A stretch of 64,000 bases of DNA from Candidatus Marinacidobacterales bacterium (GCA_965219415.1 CBDCNP010000002.1:4160001-4224000); one strand, 5' to 3'. Shown: positions 48,325-59,769, counted from the first letter of the stretch. Notes: a model not told the origin generated them from the letters alone. Made by a program: numbers and translations.

Positions 48325-50858
48325 AACTCCTTCCGCCCGAGATGGCATCCTCTGAGCGTCGGATGCGTTTCGAGCGTGAAGCCAAGGCCGTCGCTGCGCT
48401 CAATCATCCCAATATCGTCACCATTCACTCGGTCGAGGAGGCGGAGAGCATCCACTTCATCACCATGGAGCTGGTGCGTGGTAAGACGCTCAGCGAGCTC
48501 ATCCCCCAAAAGGGTCTGCCGCTCAACAAATTCTTCGAGGTCGCGATACCGCTGGCCGATGCGGTGAGTGCCGCGCACCAGAAGGGAATCACCCACCGTG
48601 ACTTGAAGCCCGAGAACCTCATGGTGAGCGATGAGGGGCGGTTGAAGATCCTCGACTTCGGACTGGCGAAGCTGAAGCAAAAGTTTGCCGAGGCGGGTAT
48701 CAGTGAGCTTCCCACGCAGTCGCCAACTCAGGAAGGTCGGATCTTGGGCACGGTGGCTTACATGTCGCCGGAGCAGGCGGAGGGAAAGTCGGTAAACCAC
48801 CGCTCGGATATCTTCTCCATTGGCATCATTCTTTATCAGATGGCCACGGGTGAGCGTCCATTCAAAGGCGATTCCACGGTTTCGATTCTGTCCTCGATCC
48901 TCAGAGAGGCGCCCGCGTCGGTCACGGAACTGAATCCAGACGTACCCCGAGACCTAAGCAAGATCATCCGGCACTGTCTGGTCAAGGATCCCGAAGATCG
49001 TTACCAGACAGCCAAGGACCTGCGCTATGAATTGAAAGAGCTGAAGCAGGAAGTAGAATCGGGTGAGGTCTTGGGAGGCGTCCCCCCCGCTAAGTCAAAA
49101 AACAGGTGGCCGGTGCTCGCCGCCGTCGCGGCGCTGGCCCTGATAGTGATAGCGAGTGTGGTGGGCTATCTATTGCGTCCGGGTGAAGTCGCTGAGGTAA
49201 CAACCGGGTCGCCTATCGCAGGCACTTTCACTCAACTCACCTCCCGGCCCGGAACGGAGTGGCTGCCAGGGCTTTCGCCAGACGGGGAGTTTTTTGTCTA
49301 CGAGGGTTACGCGTCTGGCAATGCGGACATTTACTTACAGCGGGTGGGCGGAGAAAGGTCCATCAACCTGACGGAGAATTCACTGGCTGAGGACTGGGAA
49401 CCCGCGTTCTCTCCGGACGGAAAGGAAATAGCGTTTTATTCCGACCGTCTTGGTGGAGGAATCTTCATCATGGGAGCGACGGGCGAGAACGTCCGGCGTT
49501 TGACTGATGTTGGTTTCGACCCCGCATGGTCGCCGGACGGGAGTGAGGTTGCCTGCGCTGAAGAAAGGAGCGTTGCTGCACTAAGCAGAAATATCGTCCC
49601 TAGCAAGCTCTGGGCCGTCAACGTCACGAGCGGCGAGAAGCGGCTCATCACCGAGGGGGACGCAGTGGAGCCGATCTGGTCTCCTCACGGTCACCGGATT
49701 GCTTACTGGGGCTTTCTGAAAGGAGGCGCACAGCCAGACATTTGGACGATACCGTCACAAGGGGGAGAAGCGGTTCCCGTCACAGGAGGTGCAGCTCTTG
49801 ATTGGAGTCCCGTCTGGTCACCCGATGGCAAGTTTCTCTACTTCCTCAGCAATCGAGGGGGTGCGGCAGGCTTGTGGCGAGTGGCCATCGACGAGGTATC
49901 GGGAAAGATCCTTGGAGAACCGCAGCCAATGAACCTGCCGTCCACTGATGTGGATAATCTTTCCATCTCTCACGATGGGAAACGCATCGCCTACACCGAC
50001 GGGGACTACAGGGCGAACCTGCATAGAATCGACTTTGATCCCCAGACGGGAAAGACAAGCGGGGAGCCCGTCGCGATCACCCATGGCACCACAACGTCAG
50101 CTTCCCCCGATGTCTCTCCCGATGGCCAGTGGCTAGCCTTTGACTCCCATGCGTCGTTCCAGCCAGTGGATATCTTCCTAATACGAACGGATGGTTCCGA
50201 CCGCATTCAGCTCACCTCCGACATAGTCTGGGACCGTCGGCCCAGATGGTCGCCCGACGGAAGCCGGATTGCTTTTTTTTCCGATCGAGGTGGCAGCACC
50301 GAAATTTGGACTGTCAAACCAGACGGCAGCCAATTTGAGCAGGTCACCGATAAGGGCAACGCGATCGAGCCGGTCTGGTCCCCGGATGAATCGCAGCTAG
50401 CGTACTCTTATAGCGTAGGGGGCTCCACCACACACATTCTTGACGTGGGCAAGCCGTGGAAGGAGCAAACCCCGCGAGTATTGGCCAGGCCCGCGTGGGA
50501 AGGGGACACCTTTGAGGTTAAGTCCTGGTCGCCCGATGGGAAGTTGCTAACTGGTCAAATCCTGACTGCCGCGGGCAGATCCGATGGTGTTGCCACTTAC
50601 TCTATCGATTCTCAACAATACCAGAGGCTGGTAGAGCTCCCAGGTGGGTATTGTCGGTGGCTAAACGACAGCCGCAGACTGCTTTTCGAGTCGGACGGAA
50701 AGCTCTACATACTAGATAGCGTCTCGAAGGAGTACGAGGAAGTCCTGGACCCAGGTGGTTGGTTTTCCCTATCCCGGGATAATCGCACCATTTACTTCGA
50801 CCGCGCAGAACTCTTTGAAGCTGACATCTGGATGCTCACCCTCAACGAGGAGCAGTAA
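48213..50858 (+). CDS. Ser/Thr protein kinase with PD40/TolB-like propeller
   Basis: GSGGMG, HRDLKPEN, DFG, SPEQ, TM helix, WSPDG repeats. Confidence 0.95.
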   Translation: MVGRTLSHYKVLEKLGSGGMGEVYVAEDTKLSRQVALKLLPPEMASSERRMRFEREAKAVAALNHPNIVTIHSVEEAESIHFITMELVRGKTLSELIPQKGLPLNKFFEVAIPLADAVSAAHQKGITHRDLKPENLMVSDEGRLKILDFGLAKLKQKFAEAGISELPTQSPTQEGRILGTVAYMSPEQAEGKSVNHRSDIFSIGIILYQMATGERPFKGDSTVSILSSILREAPASVTELNPDVPRDLSKIIRHCLVKDPEDRYQTAKDLRYELKELKQEVESGEVLGGVPPAKSKNRWPVLAAVAALALIVIASVVGYLLRPGEVAEVTTGSPIAGTFTQLTSRPGTEWLPGLSPDGEFFVYEGYASGNADIYLQRVGGERSINLTENSLAEDWEPAFSPDGKEIAFYSDRLGGGIFIMGATGENVRRLTDVGFDPAWSPDGSEVACAEERSVAALSRNIVPSKLWAVNVTSGEKRLITEGDAVEPIWSPHGHRIAYWGFLKGGAQPDIWTIPSQGGEAVPVTGGAALDWSPVWSPDGKFLYFLSNRGGAAGLWRVAIDEVSGKILGEPQPMNLPSTDVDNLSISHDGKRIAYTDGDYRANLHRIDFDPQTGKTSGEPVAITHGTTTSASPDVSPDGQWLAFDSHASFQPVDIFLIRTDGSDRIQLTSDIVWDRRPRWSPDGSRIAFFSDRGGSTEIWTVKPDGSQFEQVTDKGNAIEPVWSPDESQLAYSYSVGGSTTHILDVGKPWKEQTPRVLARPAWEGDTFEVKSWSPDGKLLTGQILTAAGRSDGVATYSIDSQQYQRLVELPGGYCRWLNDSRRLLFESDGKLYILDSVSKEYEEVLDPGGWFSLSRDNRTIYFDRAELFEADIWMLTLNEEQ

Positions 50859-50907
50859 CGCCCCACCAATAGGGAAACTCGATCGAACAATAAAAGGCGG
50901 TGTCGAG

Positions 50908-53900
50908 ATGAGGCACTTTTACACCCGCAAACCATATCCATTTTTCATCGCTGCTCTGTGCTGGCTAGGGTCGGGCTGGGTCGAAGCTCAAAGCCGTTCC
51001 GAAGGCATGGCACCCACCTTCGAGCCCTCGCTGTATCAGGCACTCGAATACCGATCGATTGGTCCGCTCCGGGGAGGGCGTGCGCCCACGGTCGCGGGTG
51101 TTCCCGGTGAGCTTTTCACTTTTTACATGGGCACGTCCGGCGGTGGGGTCTGGAAGACCATCGATGCCGGCACGACGTGGGACAACATTTCGGACGGCTA
51201 TTTCGAAGCCGGTTCGATCGGAGCCATTGCCGTTGCCGCTTCGGATCCGAACGTCGTTTATGCAGGCACTGGCGAAGCGTGCCTTCGGGGAAATGTTCAG
51301 ACCGGAGTGGGTGTCTACAAGTCTCGCGATGCGGGCAAGACATGGGAGCACATCGGCCTCGAGAATTCGGGACAGATCGGTCGAATTCGTGTTCATCCCA
51401 AAAACCCCGATCTCGTCTACGTGGCCGTCTTGGGGCACGCTTTCGGTCGCAACGAGGAGCGCGGTGTGTTCCGCTCGAAAGACGGGGGAGCGACCTGGGA
51501 AAAGTCCCTTCACGTAAGCGACGAGGCCGGCGCAGTGGATTTGGCTATGGATGTCAACAAGCCCCTGGTTCTGTACGCTGCAATCTATCGAGTTATCCGC
51601 AAACCCTGGCTATTGGTCAGCGGCGGCAAGGATAGCGGCCTCTACAAGAGCACCGACGGCGGTGACTCCTGGACGGAGCTGACGAATGGCCTTCCTACCG
51701 GCCTCAAGGGCAGGATAGGCGTCAGCGTCTCTCCCGCGAACTCGGAGAAGGTCTACGTGAATGCCGAAGCCGACGACGGTGGAGGCGTTTATCGCTCCGA
51801 CGACGGCGGGGAGAGCTTCATTCGCGTCAGCAAAGATCGCATGCTGGTGGCTCGCCCCTTTTACTTCACGCATATCGTCGCTGACCCGGTCGATGAGAAC
51901 ACGGTCTATGTCATGAGCCTGGACTTTTACAGGTCGGTCGATGGCGGAAAAAGCTACGAGGAGATCACTGGAACCCACGGGGACTTCCACGATCTGTGGA
52001 TCAACCCGGACAACCCCAAAGTCATGATCAGTGGAAACGACGGTGGAGGGGCAGTCACGTTCAACGGCGGAAAGTCATGGTCGACGCAAATGAACCAACC
52101 TACCGCTGAGTTCTACCGGGTCGCCGTTGACAATCAGTTTCCCTACCGTGTCTACGGCCCACAGCAGGACAACTCTTCGATTTCCGTTCCGAGCCGTGTT
52201 GCCCGCCGGCGAGTCGTACCGGACATGTATCCGGTGGGCGGAGGGGAGCAAGGGCACGTTTGGGTGCATCCGACGAACTCGAACATCGTTTACGCCGGCG
52301 AGTACGAGGGGCAGATCACCCGGTACGACCACCAGACGGGTGACCTCAGAGACATCGAAACCTACCCTCAGCTCGCGGAGGGGCTACCCGCCGAGGTTCT
52401 GAAGTACCGGTTTCAGATGAACGCTCCCATCCGGGTCTCTCCCCACGACCCGTACACCCTCTACCACACTTCTCAGTACGTACATCGATCGACCAACGAA
52501 GGCCAGAGCTGGGAGATTATAAGCTCCGATCTAACCACCAACGACAAGAGCAAACAGGGGCCATCCGGCGGGCCGATCACCAGGGATCATACCGGTCCCG
52601 AAACGTACTGCACCATATTCGCTTTCGAGGAATCTCCGCACCAAGCGGGAGTCTTCTGGGTCGGCACCGATGACGGTCTTGTTCATCTTTCCCGAGACGG
52701 GGGCGCCAACTGGACGAACATCACTCCCGAGGGGATGCCGGAATGGGGAACGGTGAACATGATCGAGTTGTCTCCTCACGACCCGGGGCGAGCCCTCCTC
52801 GCCGTGCACAGATACCGACTCGACGATTTCACTCCCTACATCTACCGAACCGATGACTACGGCAAGAGCTGGACGCTGCTAACCAACGGCGACGCGAACG
52901 GCATCCCCGCGAAGCATTTTGTCCGGGTGGTTCGGGAAGACCCGTTTCGCAAGGGACTCTTGTATGCGGGCACCGAGTTCGGCATGTACGTTTCCTTCAA
53001 TGATGGAGAGAGCTGGCAATCGTTGCAGCTGAACCTTCCCATCGTCCAAATTGCCGATATGGTGATCAAAGAACAAGATCTCGTCGTGGCAACCCATGGC
53101 CGGTCCTTTTGGATTCTCGATGACATTACCCCGCTTCATGAGATCAACGAGGAAATGTCCAAGAGGCCCTATCTCTTCGAATCGAAGGATGGCGACCGTC
53201 GGACAGGCTTTACCGCCTACTACAACTTGACGGAAGTACCCGAGGAGGCAATCAAGCTCGAATTCCTCGAGTCGAACGAGGAGGTCATTCAGACGTTCTC
53301 GAGCAGCGACGATGACGGTTTATCGGCAAAGAGAGGCATGAATCGTTTCGTCTGGAATCTGCGCTACCCGGCCGCCGATGTCGTGGACGGCGCGTTTTGG
53401 TTCGGTGGCCGAAATGCCGGCCCCCTGGCGGTCCCTGGCAGCTACCGGGTAAGGCTCAGCGTTGGCGAATCGACAGAGACGCGTTCCTTTGAAGTGAAGA
53501 GGGACCCTCGACTCGAGACGAGTCCAGCTGATTTCCAGGAGCAATTCGATCTAGCGGTCGAGATTCGTGACGCGATCACCCGCATGACGGATGCGATCAA
53601 GCGGATCAGGAACATACGCGATCAGGTCGAGAGACTTTCGGCTCTATTGAACGAAGCCGGCTATGAAGATGATTTCGTTCCTGTAGCTACGAATCTCAAC
53701 GGCAAGCTCACATCTATCGAAGAAAAACTGATGCAGACGAAGAATGAGAGGGGTCCGGACACCAGCAACTTTCCGACGCAACTGGATAGCCAGCTCATCC
53801 GGGTCTTGAGTCTCGTCATCGGCTCCGGGCACAAGCCCACCGACGGCGATCACACGCGCTTCGATGACCTGAAGGTCGAGCTGGACTCTTACCTTGAGGA

Positions 53901-53994
53901 GCTCCAGGGTGTGCTGGAAGAAGACCTCGTTGCCTTCAATGATTTGCTGGTGACGAAAAACGTCACCCCGGTAATTTCGCCGGCAACGCGTTAG
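50908..53994 (+). CDS. VPS10/BNR-repeat glycosyl hydrolase-like protein
   Basis: Repeated S.DGG.TW Asp boxes, signal peptide. Confidence 0.88.
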   Translation: MRHFYTRKPYPFFIAALCWLGSGWVEAQSRSEGMAPTFEPSLYQALEYRSIGPLRGGRAPTVAGVPGELFTFYMGTSGGGVWKTIDAGTTWDNISDGYFEAGSIGAIAVAASDPNVVYAGTGEACLRGNVQTGVGVYKSRDAGKTWEHIGLENSGQIGRIRVHPKNPDLVYVAVLGHAFGRNEERGVFRSKDGGATWEKSLHVSDEAGAVDLAMDVNKPLVLYAAIYRVIRKPWLLVSGGKDSGLYKSTDGGDSWTELTNGLPTGLKGRIGVSVSPANSEKVYVNAEADDGGGVYRSDDGGESFIRVSKDRMLVARPFYFTHIVADPVDENTVYVMSLDFYRSVDGGKSYEEITGTHGDFHDLWINPDNPKVMISGNDGGGAVTFNGGKSWSTQMNQPTAEFYRVAVDNQFPYRVYGPQQDNSSISVPSRVARRRVVPDMYPVGGGEQGHVWVHPTNSNIVYAGEYEGQITRYDHQTGDLRDIETYPQLAEGLPAEVLKYRFQMNAPIRVSPHDPYTLYHTSQYVHRSTNEGQSWEIISSDLTTNDKSKQGPSGGPITRDHTGPETYCTIFAFEESPHQAGVFWVGTDDGLVHLSRDGGANWTNITPEGMPEWGTVNMIELSPHDPGRALLAVHRYRLDDFTPYIYRTDDYGKSWTLLTNGDANGIPAKHFVRVVREDPFRKGLLYAGTEFGMYVSFNDGESWQSLQLNLPIVQIADMVIKEQDLVVATHGRSFWILDDITPLHEINEEMSKRPYLFESKDGDRRTGFTAYYNLTEVPEEAIKLEFLESNEEVIQTFSSSDDDGLSAKRGMNRFVWNLRYPAADVVDGAFWFGGRNAGPLAVPGSYRVRLSVGESTETRSFEVKRDPRLETSPADFQEQFDLAVEIRDAITRMTDAIKRIRNIRDQVERLSALLNEAGYEDDFVPVATNLNGKLTSIEEKLMQTKNERGPDTSNFPTQLDSQLIRVLSLVIGSGHKPTDGDHTRFDDLKVELDSYLEELQGVLEEDLVAFNDLLVTKNVTPVISPATR

Positions 53995-55778
53995 GGGCTC
54001 TCCCCTTCGTATCCGGGGCCGCGAACCACCATGCCGGGACGGGCATCCGTGATACGACCCTGATCGACGACCACCTCGCCGTTGACGAGGACGTAGTCGA
54101 TCCCCTCCGAATATTGGTGAGGGTCCTCGTAGGTGGCCTTGTCGATGACCGTCTCGGGGTCGAAGATCACGATGTCGGCATAGAAACCCTCTCTCAAGAG
54201 GCCCCGGTCGCGGATTCCCAGCCTCTGAGCCGGTAAAGAGGTTGCCTTTCGGATGGCTTGTTCGAGGCTGAAGAGATTCAGTTCACGAACATAACGGCCC
54301 AAGATCTTCGGATAGGTGCCGTAGCCGCGAGGATGCACCAACCCCTCCGATAGAGGTCCGTCGGGAGCCACCGTCGCGCCGTCGGTGCCGAAGGCCGCCC
54401 ACTCCTGCCGGAGACCCAGCCGAAGGTCGTCCTCGTCGGTGAGATGAGAGACGAAGCCGGCGCCGCCGCCCTGGATGATATCCATGATGACATCTCTTGG
54501 ATCCTTGCCCTCCTCGGAGGCGATATCCGAAAGAATCCGCCCCTCCATGTGCTTGAGGTCCTCGTTCCCCCTGACGTCGACGATCCGGAAGCCCTTGGCT
54601 CCCCCCACTCCCAGGTACTCGTTCTCCCACTCGGAGGTAGGCGTCTCGAGCTCCCTTTTGATCCGGTCACGGACCGAGGGATCCGCAAGCCGCTCTTTGA
54701 TTTCCTCGCCGGTTCCCGTGCGGGCCCAGGGCGGCAAAAGGGCTCGAAGACCTGCCGAGCCCCAAACATAGGGATAGAGGTCGGCCGCGATATCCAGGCC
54801 CTCCCGACGGGCGGCGGAGATGCGCTCGACCACCTCCGCCATCTTGCCCCAGTTCGCCAGATAGGCAGCCTTCAGGTGGGTGACGTTAACTCGAATGTCG
54901 GCTTCGCGAGCGATGCGAAAGACTTCGTCGAGCGATTCGAAGATGGCGTCACCCTCACTGCGCTGGTGGGTCTGGTACGCCCCACCCGATGGGGCGGCGA
55001 CGCGTGCCAGGGCGATCAACTCGTCGGTACGGTTGAAGCGACCCGGCACGTACATCAACGCCGAGTACACCCCGAAGGCACCGTCTTCCATCGCCTCGGC
55101 TGCTAGCCGTTCCATCTCGGCGAGCTCTTCCTCGGTGGCAGGCCGGTCCTCCGTGCCGACGACGATTTCACGAAGGGTGGCGGTGCCGACAAAAGTTCCG
55201 AAGTTGATAGTCGGGGGATGCGCCTCTAGGCGATCGAAAAACTGCCCAAGCGTTTGCCAGTCCGGCGTGATGCCGCGACGCTCGAAGGAGCTCATTCTTT
55301 CGGCAAGGTAGCTTTCACTGGTCGGGGCGACGGAATCACCCTCTCCCTCCACGACGAGGGTAATCCCTTGCGTTACGGCACTGGCGGCACGCGAATCCAC
55401 AAGAAAGGACCAGGAAGCATGACTGTGTAGGTCGATGAAGCCAGGAGTAACTGGTTTCCCCGTGGCGTCGATGGTGCGGTTGGCGTCGTCTCCACTCAGA
55501 TCTCCAATGGCAGCAATCCTCTTTCCGCGAACGCCCACGTCCCCTCGGTACCAGGGATTCCCGGTTCCGTCTATGATCCGGGCATTGGTAATGATCACAT
55601 CGTACGGGCCTGAGGATGTTACATCCGCCGAGGGTGTACAGCCTTCGGTGGGAAAGGTTGTCGCGAGGAATATGAGGATGGCTCCGTACCTCTTCTTGCT
55701 CGTTTTCTTCCTCCTTTGCTGGACCGAGGAGCGTCGGCCTACCGGCGGCTCGATGTGTGCGAATGGCGGATTTTCCAT
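53991..55778 (-). CDS. D-aminoacylase family amidohydrolase (start uncertain)
   Basis: PGFIDLHSH, HQRSE, GTDG, HPRGYGT, ADIVIFD. Confidence 0.9.
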   Translation of the reverse strand: MENPPFAHIEPPVGRRSSVQQRRKKTSKKRYGAILIFLATTFPTEGCTPSADVTSSGPYDVIITNARIIDGTGNPWYRGDVGVRGKRIAAIGDLSGDDANRTIDATGKPVTPGFIDLHSHASWSFLVDSRAASAVTQGITLVVEGEGDSVAPTSESYLAERMSSFERRGITPDWQTLGQFFDRLEAHPPTINFGTFVGTATLREIVVGTEDRPATEEELAEMERLAAEAMEDGAFGVYSALMYVPGRFNRTDELIALARVAAPSGGAYQTHQRSEGDAIFESLDEVFRIAREADIRVNVTHLKAAYLANWGKMAEVVERISAARREGLDIAADLYPYVWGSAGLRALLPPWARTGTGEEIKERLADPSVRDRIKRELETPTSEWENEYLGVGGAKGFRIVDVRGNEDLKHMEGRILSDIASEEGKDPRDVIMDIIQGGGAGFVSHLTDEDDLRLGLRQEWAAFGTDGATVAPDGPLSEGLVHPRGYGTYPKILGRYVRELNLFSLEQAIRKATSLPAQRLGIRDRGLLREGFYADIVIFDPETVIDKATYEDPHQYSEGIDYVLVNGEVVVDQGRITDARPGMVVRGPGYEGESP

Positions 55779-56215
55779 CGGCCCTCCTTTTTGACGAGGA
55801 CAAGTGTTGCCAGTCCGGTCGCGTCGATGTCACGTTCTTTGTAGCGTGCCTTGATATAGTATTCGGCCGTCACGTACGCGGATTCTGTACTCAGCGGAGT
55901 CGCTCGAATGTCGGTGTGTCCCCATTTCAGGCCTTCGAAACCCTCGAGCTCAGGCCCCAAATGATGATCCCGATAATCGGCCCATCCGCGGTTGATGCCA
56001 CCACCTTCGAAAATGGTGACCTCCGGATCGTAGAACGTGGCGAGCTTGTCGAGGTCCTTCGCGTTGAAGGCCTCGTCGTACGATGCCAAGAAGTCCACGA
56101 ATATCGTGTCGTCAGACCTACCCTGACCAGCGGCACCGAGCGTGAGGCCGACGCAAAAGAGCGCCGCGGCCAGCCACAGAACTGAGATTCTGCTCGTTTT
56201 TATCATCTTCATCAT
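55739..56215 (-). CDS. SnoaL/NTF2-like protein
   Basis: Signal peptide; WKIRHSHTS. Confidence 0.75.
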   Translation of the reverse strand: MMKMIKTSRISVLWLAAALFCVGLTLGAAGQGRSDDTIFVDFLASYDEAFNAKDLDKLATFYDPEVTIFEGGGINRGWADYRDHHLGPELEGFEGLKWGHTDIRATPLSTESAYVTAEYYIKARYKERDIDATGLATLVLVKKEGRWKIRHSHTSSRR

Positions 56216-56621
56216 CCTTTTGCTTCAAAACACCGGGACTCACGACCTCGGGCGCCGTGCGTACGTCAAGTGAACGAGTACCTTGACCTGGCGCCCGTCG
56301 TCAAGCGGCACGACGGGTTCGCAGGAAGCGTCCCAACATAATGCCACGAGAGAATTTGACTTCTCTGGCAAGGCGCGTAGTATGGGCGCGTCTAATATAG
56401 ATGGAGGGTTTATGGGCCAGCTTGCCTCTATCCTGCTGATCCCTTTTGCCATCTCAGTCATCGCGGTGCCTGTCCATCATCATTATTAATCCGGGACTGG
56501 ACTCTAGGGCCCGGACCGCCCTCGAGCACATGCTGGAGAGCGTGGTCAGCGCGCGAGGGAAGGTGCTGAGGACGAACTTCTCGGCGACCAGCCGAGTAAT
56601 AACGCGAGCGACCAAGCTGAC

Positions 56622-56863
56622 TCAGGCTGCCTCTCGCCACTCGTATCGATGGTGCAGTCCACCGACTCGCGGCAGTGCGACTACGTTCGCCGTAGGAGAC
56701 GGTCGGTGCGTGACCGCTCTCAAGCTCGGTGTATCCTTGTGCAGCCCCAAGTGGCAACGGTCCTCATGATAGTAGCTGATGTAAGCTCGCACGAGCCGGA
56801 TGAGATGACATGCGCCGAGAACCACGACGTGCTCAAGGAGCTCGCGACGGCAGCTGCCGACCC
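56622..56863 (-). pseudogene. 3' fragment of an rve transposase
   Basis: CRRELLEH...GGLHHRYEWREAA; abuts the end at 56864. Confidence 0.75.
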
Positions 56864-57890
56864 CGTCCTGTGCCAAAACTCGGCCCTCTTGAAATAGCCG
56901 ATAAATCAGCAGCTTAGCGTCTGTGTTTTGCGACGGTGCCAAGGGCTGTGGGCTTTACAATCGTCTGGCCCGAGGGCGTCCTGTGCCAAAACTCAGCCCT
57001 TTTGAAATAGGCCATAAATCAGCAGCTTAGTGTCTGTGTTTGCGACCGGGCCGTGGGCCGTGGGCTTTACAATCGTCTGGTCCGAGGGTGTTATCTTCAG
57101 CTCGTCTGGTCAAAATACTCGAACGCCCAGCGGGTCAGCAGTTTGCACCTTTCCGAGGGCTGCTTGAATCTGGCATCGCGGTCGGATACGTATTTCTTCC
57201 GGGTGCGCAGTTCGTTACCTGCAGCTCGCCCCGGCAGCCGATTTGAGCCAGCCGTGCGCACCCCCGGTGGGCCTGTCGCCCGCTACCCGCAGCCCAGGGG
57301 TCGGAAGCCAGTCCTGCGGCGCGAAATACCCTGGATTCTGCGCGGATTCCAAGGGCGTCTAAGCTGCTGATTTGCGGTCTATTTCAAAAGGGCCGAGTTT
57401 TGGCACAGGAGGTGCTTCCGTCATTAAGTGTTGGTGAGATGACGCTAAGACCCTACGGTGCATTAAATTACAGCCAAATTAGCGTTCGTGACCTTCGCTG
57501 CGAGCTAAATGGAGCGTAAGCGCCTCTTTTGCAAAGGGATGCGTACACATCACCAACAGTAAACGGCGCAAGCACCCCCGCTGCGCCAGACGGTTCCCCC
57601 GCTGATGCTCAGGGTGCCGACTATAGTTAATGATGAAGGACACGCAACCGATCCACCGATGGGTGCTTCCGCAGTCAAGTGTTGGCGGCCGCTGCGTAAC
57701 CTGTTCGCGTGCTAGAGTTTTGCCTGATTTCGATAGACGCAGTTCTTTCGTCGATGCCGGCTGGGCCGAGTTTTGGCACAGGACGGGAAGACCATGCTGA
57801 ACTACATCTCAGGGTCCGTGGATGAGGAGTCGCTCCTGCGCAACGGGTATCTTGTGGCCGAGAATCGGGTTCTTCGAAATCAGAACCAGG
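56864..57890. repeat. Cluster of nested MITE ends plus an rve 5' fragment
   Basis: Ends at 56864, 56977, 57103, 57410, 57411-57576, 57662-57785. Confidence 0.8.
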
Positions 57891-58204
57891 TCGTCCTCCA
57901 ACTGCCGGATCCGTTCCCGCAACAGTTCATTGTCCATCACCAGGCCGGTTACGGCCGATTGCAGTCTCTTCTGCTCTTCGTCGACGACATCGACCGTACG
58001 GCTCTTCAACCCGTTCTCGCCTCCCACGAGAAACGCCTCGCGCCAATGCGTCAACGTCGCGCCCGTGACACCGTACTTCCGGCTCGTCGTCTCCAGTTCA
58101 GCTCCACGCAACAGCTCCAATACCAAGCTCACCTTGCGCCGCGCCGACCACCGGCCCTTGACGCCGCGCAGTGAATCTGAGATCACTTCGGTCACCCTGC
58201 GCAA
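57890..58204 (-). pseudogene. IS transposase orfA-like HTH fragment
   Basis: RWSARRKVSLVLELLRG...WREAF. Confidence 0.6.
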
Positions 58205-58659
58205 CCACAGATTTCCCCTTCATTCCTCTGGACATATCGTCATCCTCCTCTGATGTAGTTTCTCAAATCACTGTCCAAAGAAATCGTGGGGCGGGGGAGG
58301 AACTTCGCAATGAGCTTCTTCCACAACTCACGTCGGAGGAATCAGCTGCTTAACCGAGCTCGGGGAACCATGCAGAGATTTGACAGGAAAATTAGGACTT
58401 GACCGTCTGAAACCCCCCTCTTGAACTTCCACTCTCGATTCTGCTACATTCCGTAGCGCTAGACAAACGCTGATCCGACGTCGGGTCACCTGTTGAATAA
58501 AACACCCCCTTTCCCGGGGGGAATAGGCAGGGAACCCTGCAAATGCAGCGTTTGTCTAGCAACTGGCCCGGCACCCAATTCCGGGGGCCGGCGAGCCTTA
58601 CAAGGAGCCCACTCACGCTACGAGTAATCGGCTCCCTTGCTGGAAAAAGGAGCATTCAT

Positions 58660-59121
58660 ATGAAGACTTCCAATCGTCACGATGCGTTCACTATCGCAGT
58701 GGTCTTCAGCGTTGGTTTGGTGGCAGTATTCGGAGCACATCTTTATGATCGTTCAGCCAAGGGGCAACAGAAGCTTCAGCAGTTACGCGTTTACGAACAA
58801 TCGAAACAAGCACGTCAGCAGTTAGAAGGAGAGATACGCTCCAAAGTTAAAGCAGAAACAGGTGCCAGAGAGAAGACAAGACTTTTGTGTGAAGGCAGAA
58901 TTCGATCTCAAATGGCGGTTCCAGTCACGGCTTCATGGTTGGCAAGGTTAGACGACAGAGTTGTGTCATTGAGTTCCACAAGGCATCGAATGGTGTCGTC
59001 TGTTGATTATGATTCATCCGGCGTTGAACTTCGACAGTACTTCGAATGTGAGGTTGAAGGTTCCGGTGAGGACCTTTCTGCTTACAAGATCGTGGACTTT
59101 ACGATTTTTGGATCCGATTAG
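58660..59121 (+). CDS. Hypothetical membrane-anchored protein
   Basis: AGGAG RBS, N-terminal TM, lower GC. Confidence 0.55.
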   Translation: MKTSNRHDAFTIAVVFSVGLVAVFGAHLYDRSAKGQQKLQQLRVYEQSKQARQQLEGEIRSKVKAETGAREKTRLLCEGRIRSQMAVPVTASWLARLDDRVVSLSSTRHRMVSSVDYDSSGVELRQYFECEVEGSGEDLSAYKIVDFTIFGSD

Positions 59122-59421
59122 AAGAAGTCTATGAAGCCACACTGAGGAATAGGCAGGACCAATCCCTTCAACAGGACTGATGTTTGGCGACCGGCCCGGT
59201 GACCATCTCCGGTTGCCGACAAACAGGAGTGAGACAATGTTAGAAACCGTAATCTACCAACAGGATCTGACCGGTGCACAAAGATGACTATCTGCCTAAA
59301 AACAGAATTATAATGTTATTAGAGTTGCGAACCTGCAAAGCAATCGTAGGTTGTTCTAGCCGACTGGCCCGATGACCACATACGGTCACCGGGGGAGCGA
59401 ACCCAAAAAAGGAACAGACCC

Positions 59422-59769
59422 ATGCGCCCATTACTGTCTGTGATTCTCGCCTTGATGCTTCTCGCTGCCACATATGTTGGCACCACACTGATGGCCGATG
59501 CAGCAAAAAACTACCGAAAAAGAGCGCAGGAACGAACAGATGCCGATACAACACTGCAGGACATCATCCGCCGCGTCCAAGGTGAGACGGCCTTCATCCC
59601 GGCACGAGCGGATGACCTAGCGCGGGAGATCGGTGTCTACACCGAACGCGGTGAACTCGCGGTCGATGCAGACGAAAAGCTTGAAGCGTACCTAAGGTCT
59701 ACAGGCAAAAGCCAGACGAGCAGTCCCCAGATCCAAGTACCAGAGGAACAAGGGGAAAAAGCTCATTGA
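59422..59769 (+). CDS. Hypothetical secreted protein
   Basis: AAGGA RBS, hydrophobic N-terminus. Confidence 0.5.
   Translation: MRPLLSVILALMLLAATYVGTTLMADAAKNYRKRAQERTDADTTLQDIIRRVQGETAFIPARADDLAREIGVYTERGELAVDADEKLEAYLRSTGKSQTSSPQIQVPEEQGEKAH

Noticed and set aside
46791-50858. DGR template/variable repeat pair
   Set aside because: Mismatches are not adenine-specific and include indels, and there is no reverse transcriptase. The DUF1566 gene also has no template repeat in the window.
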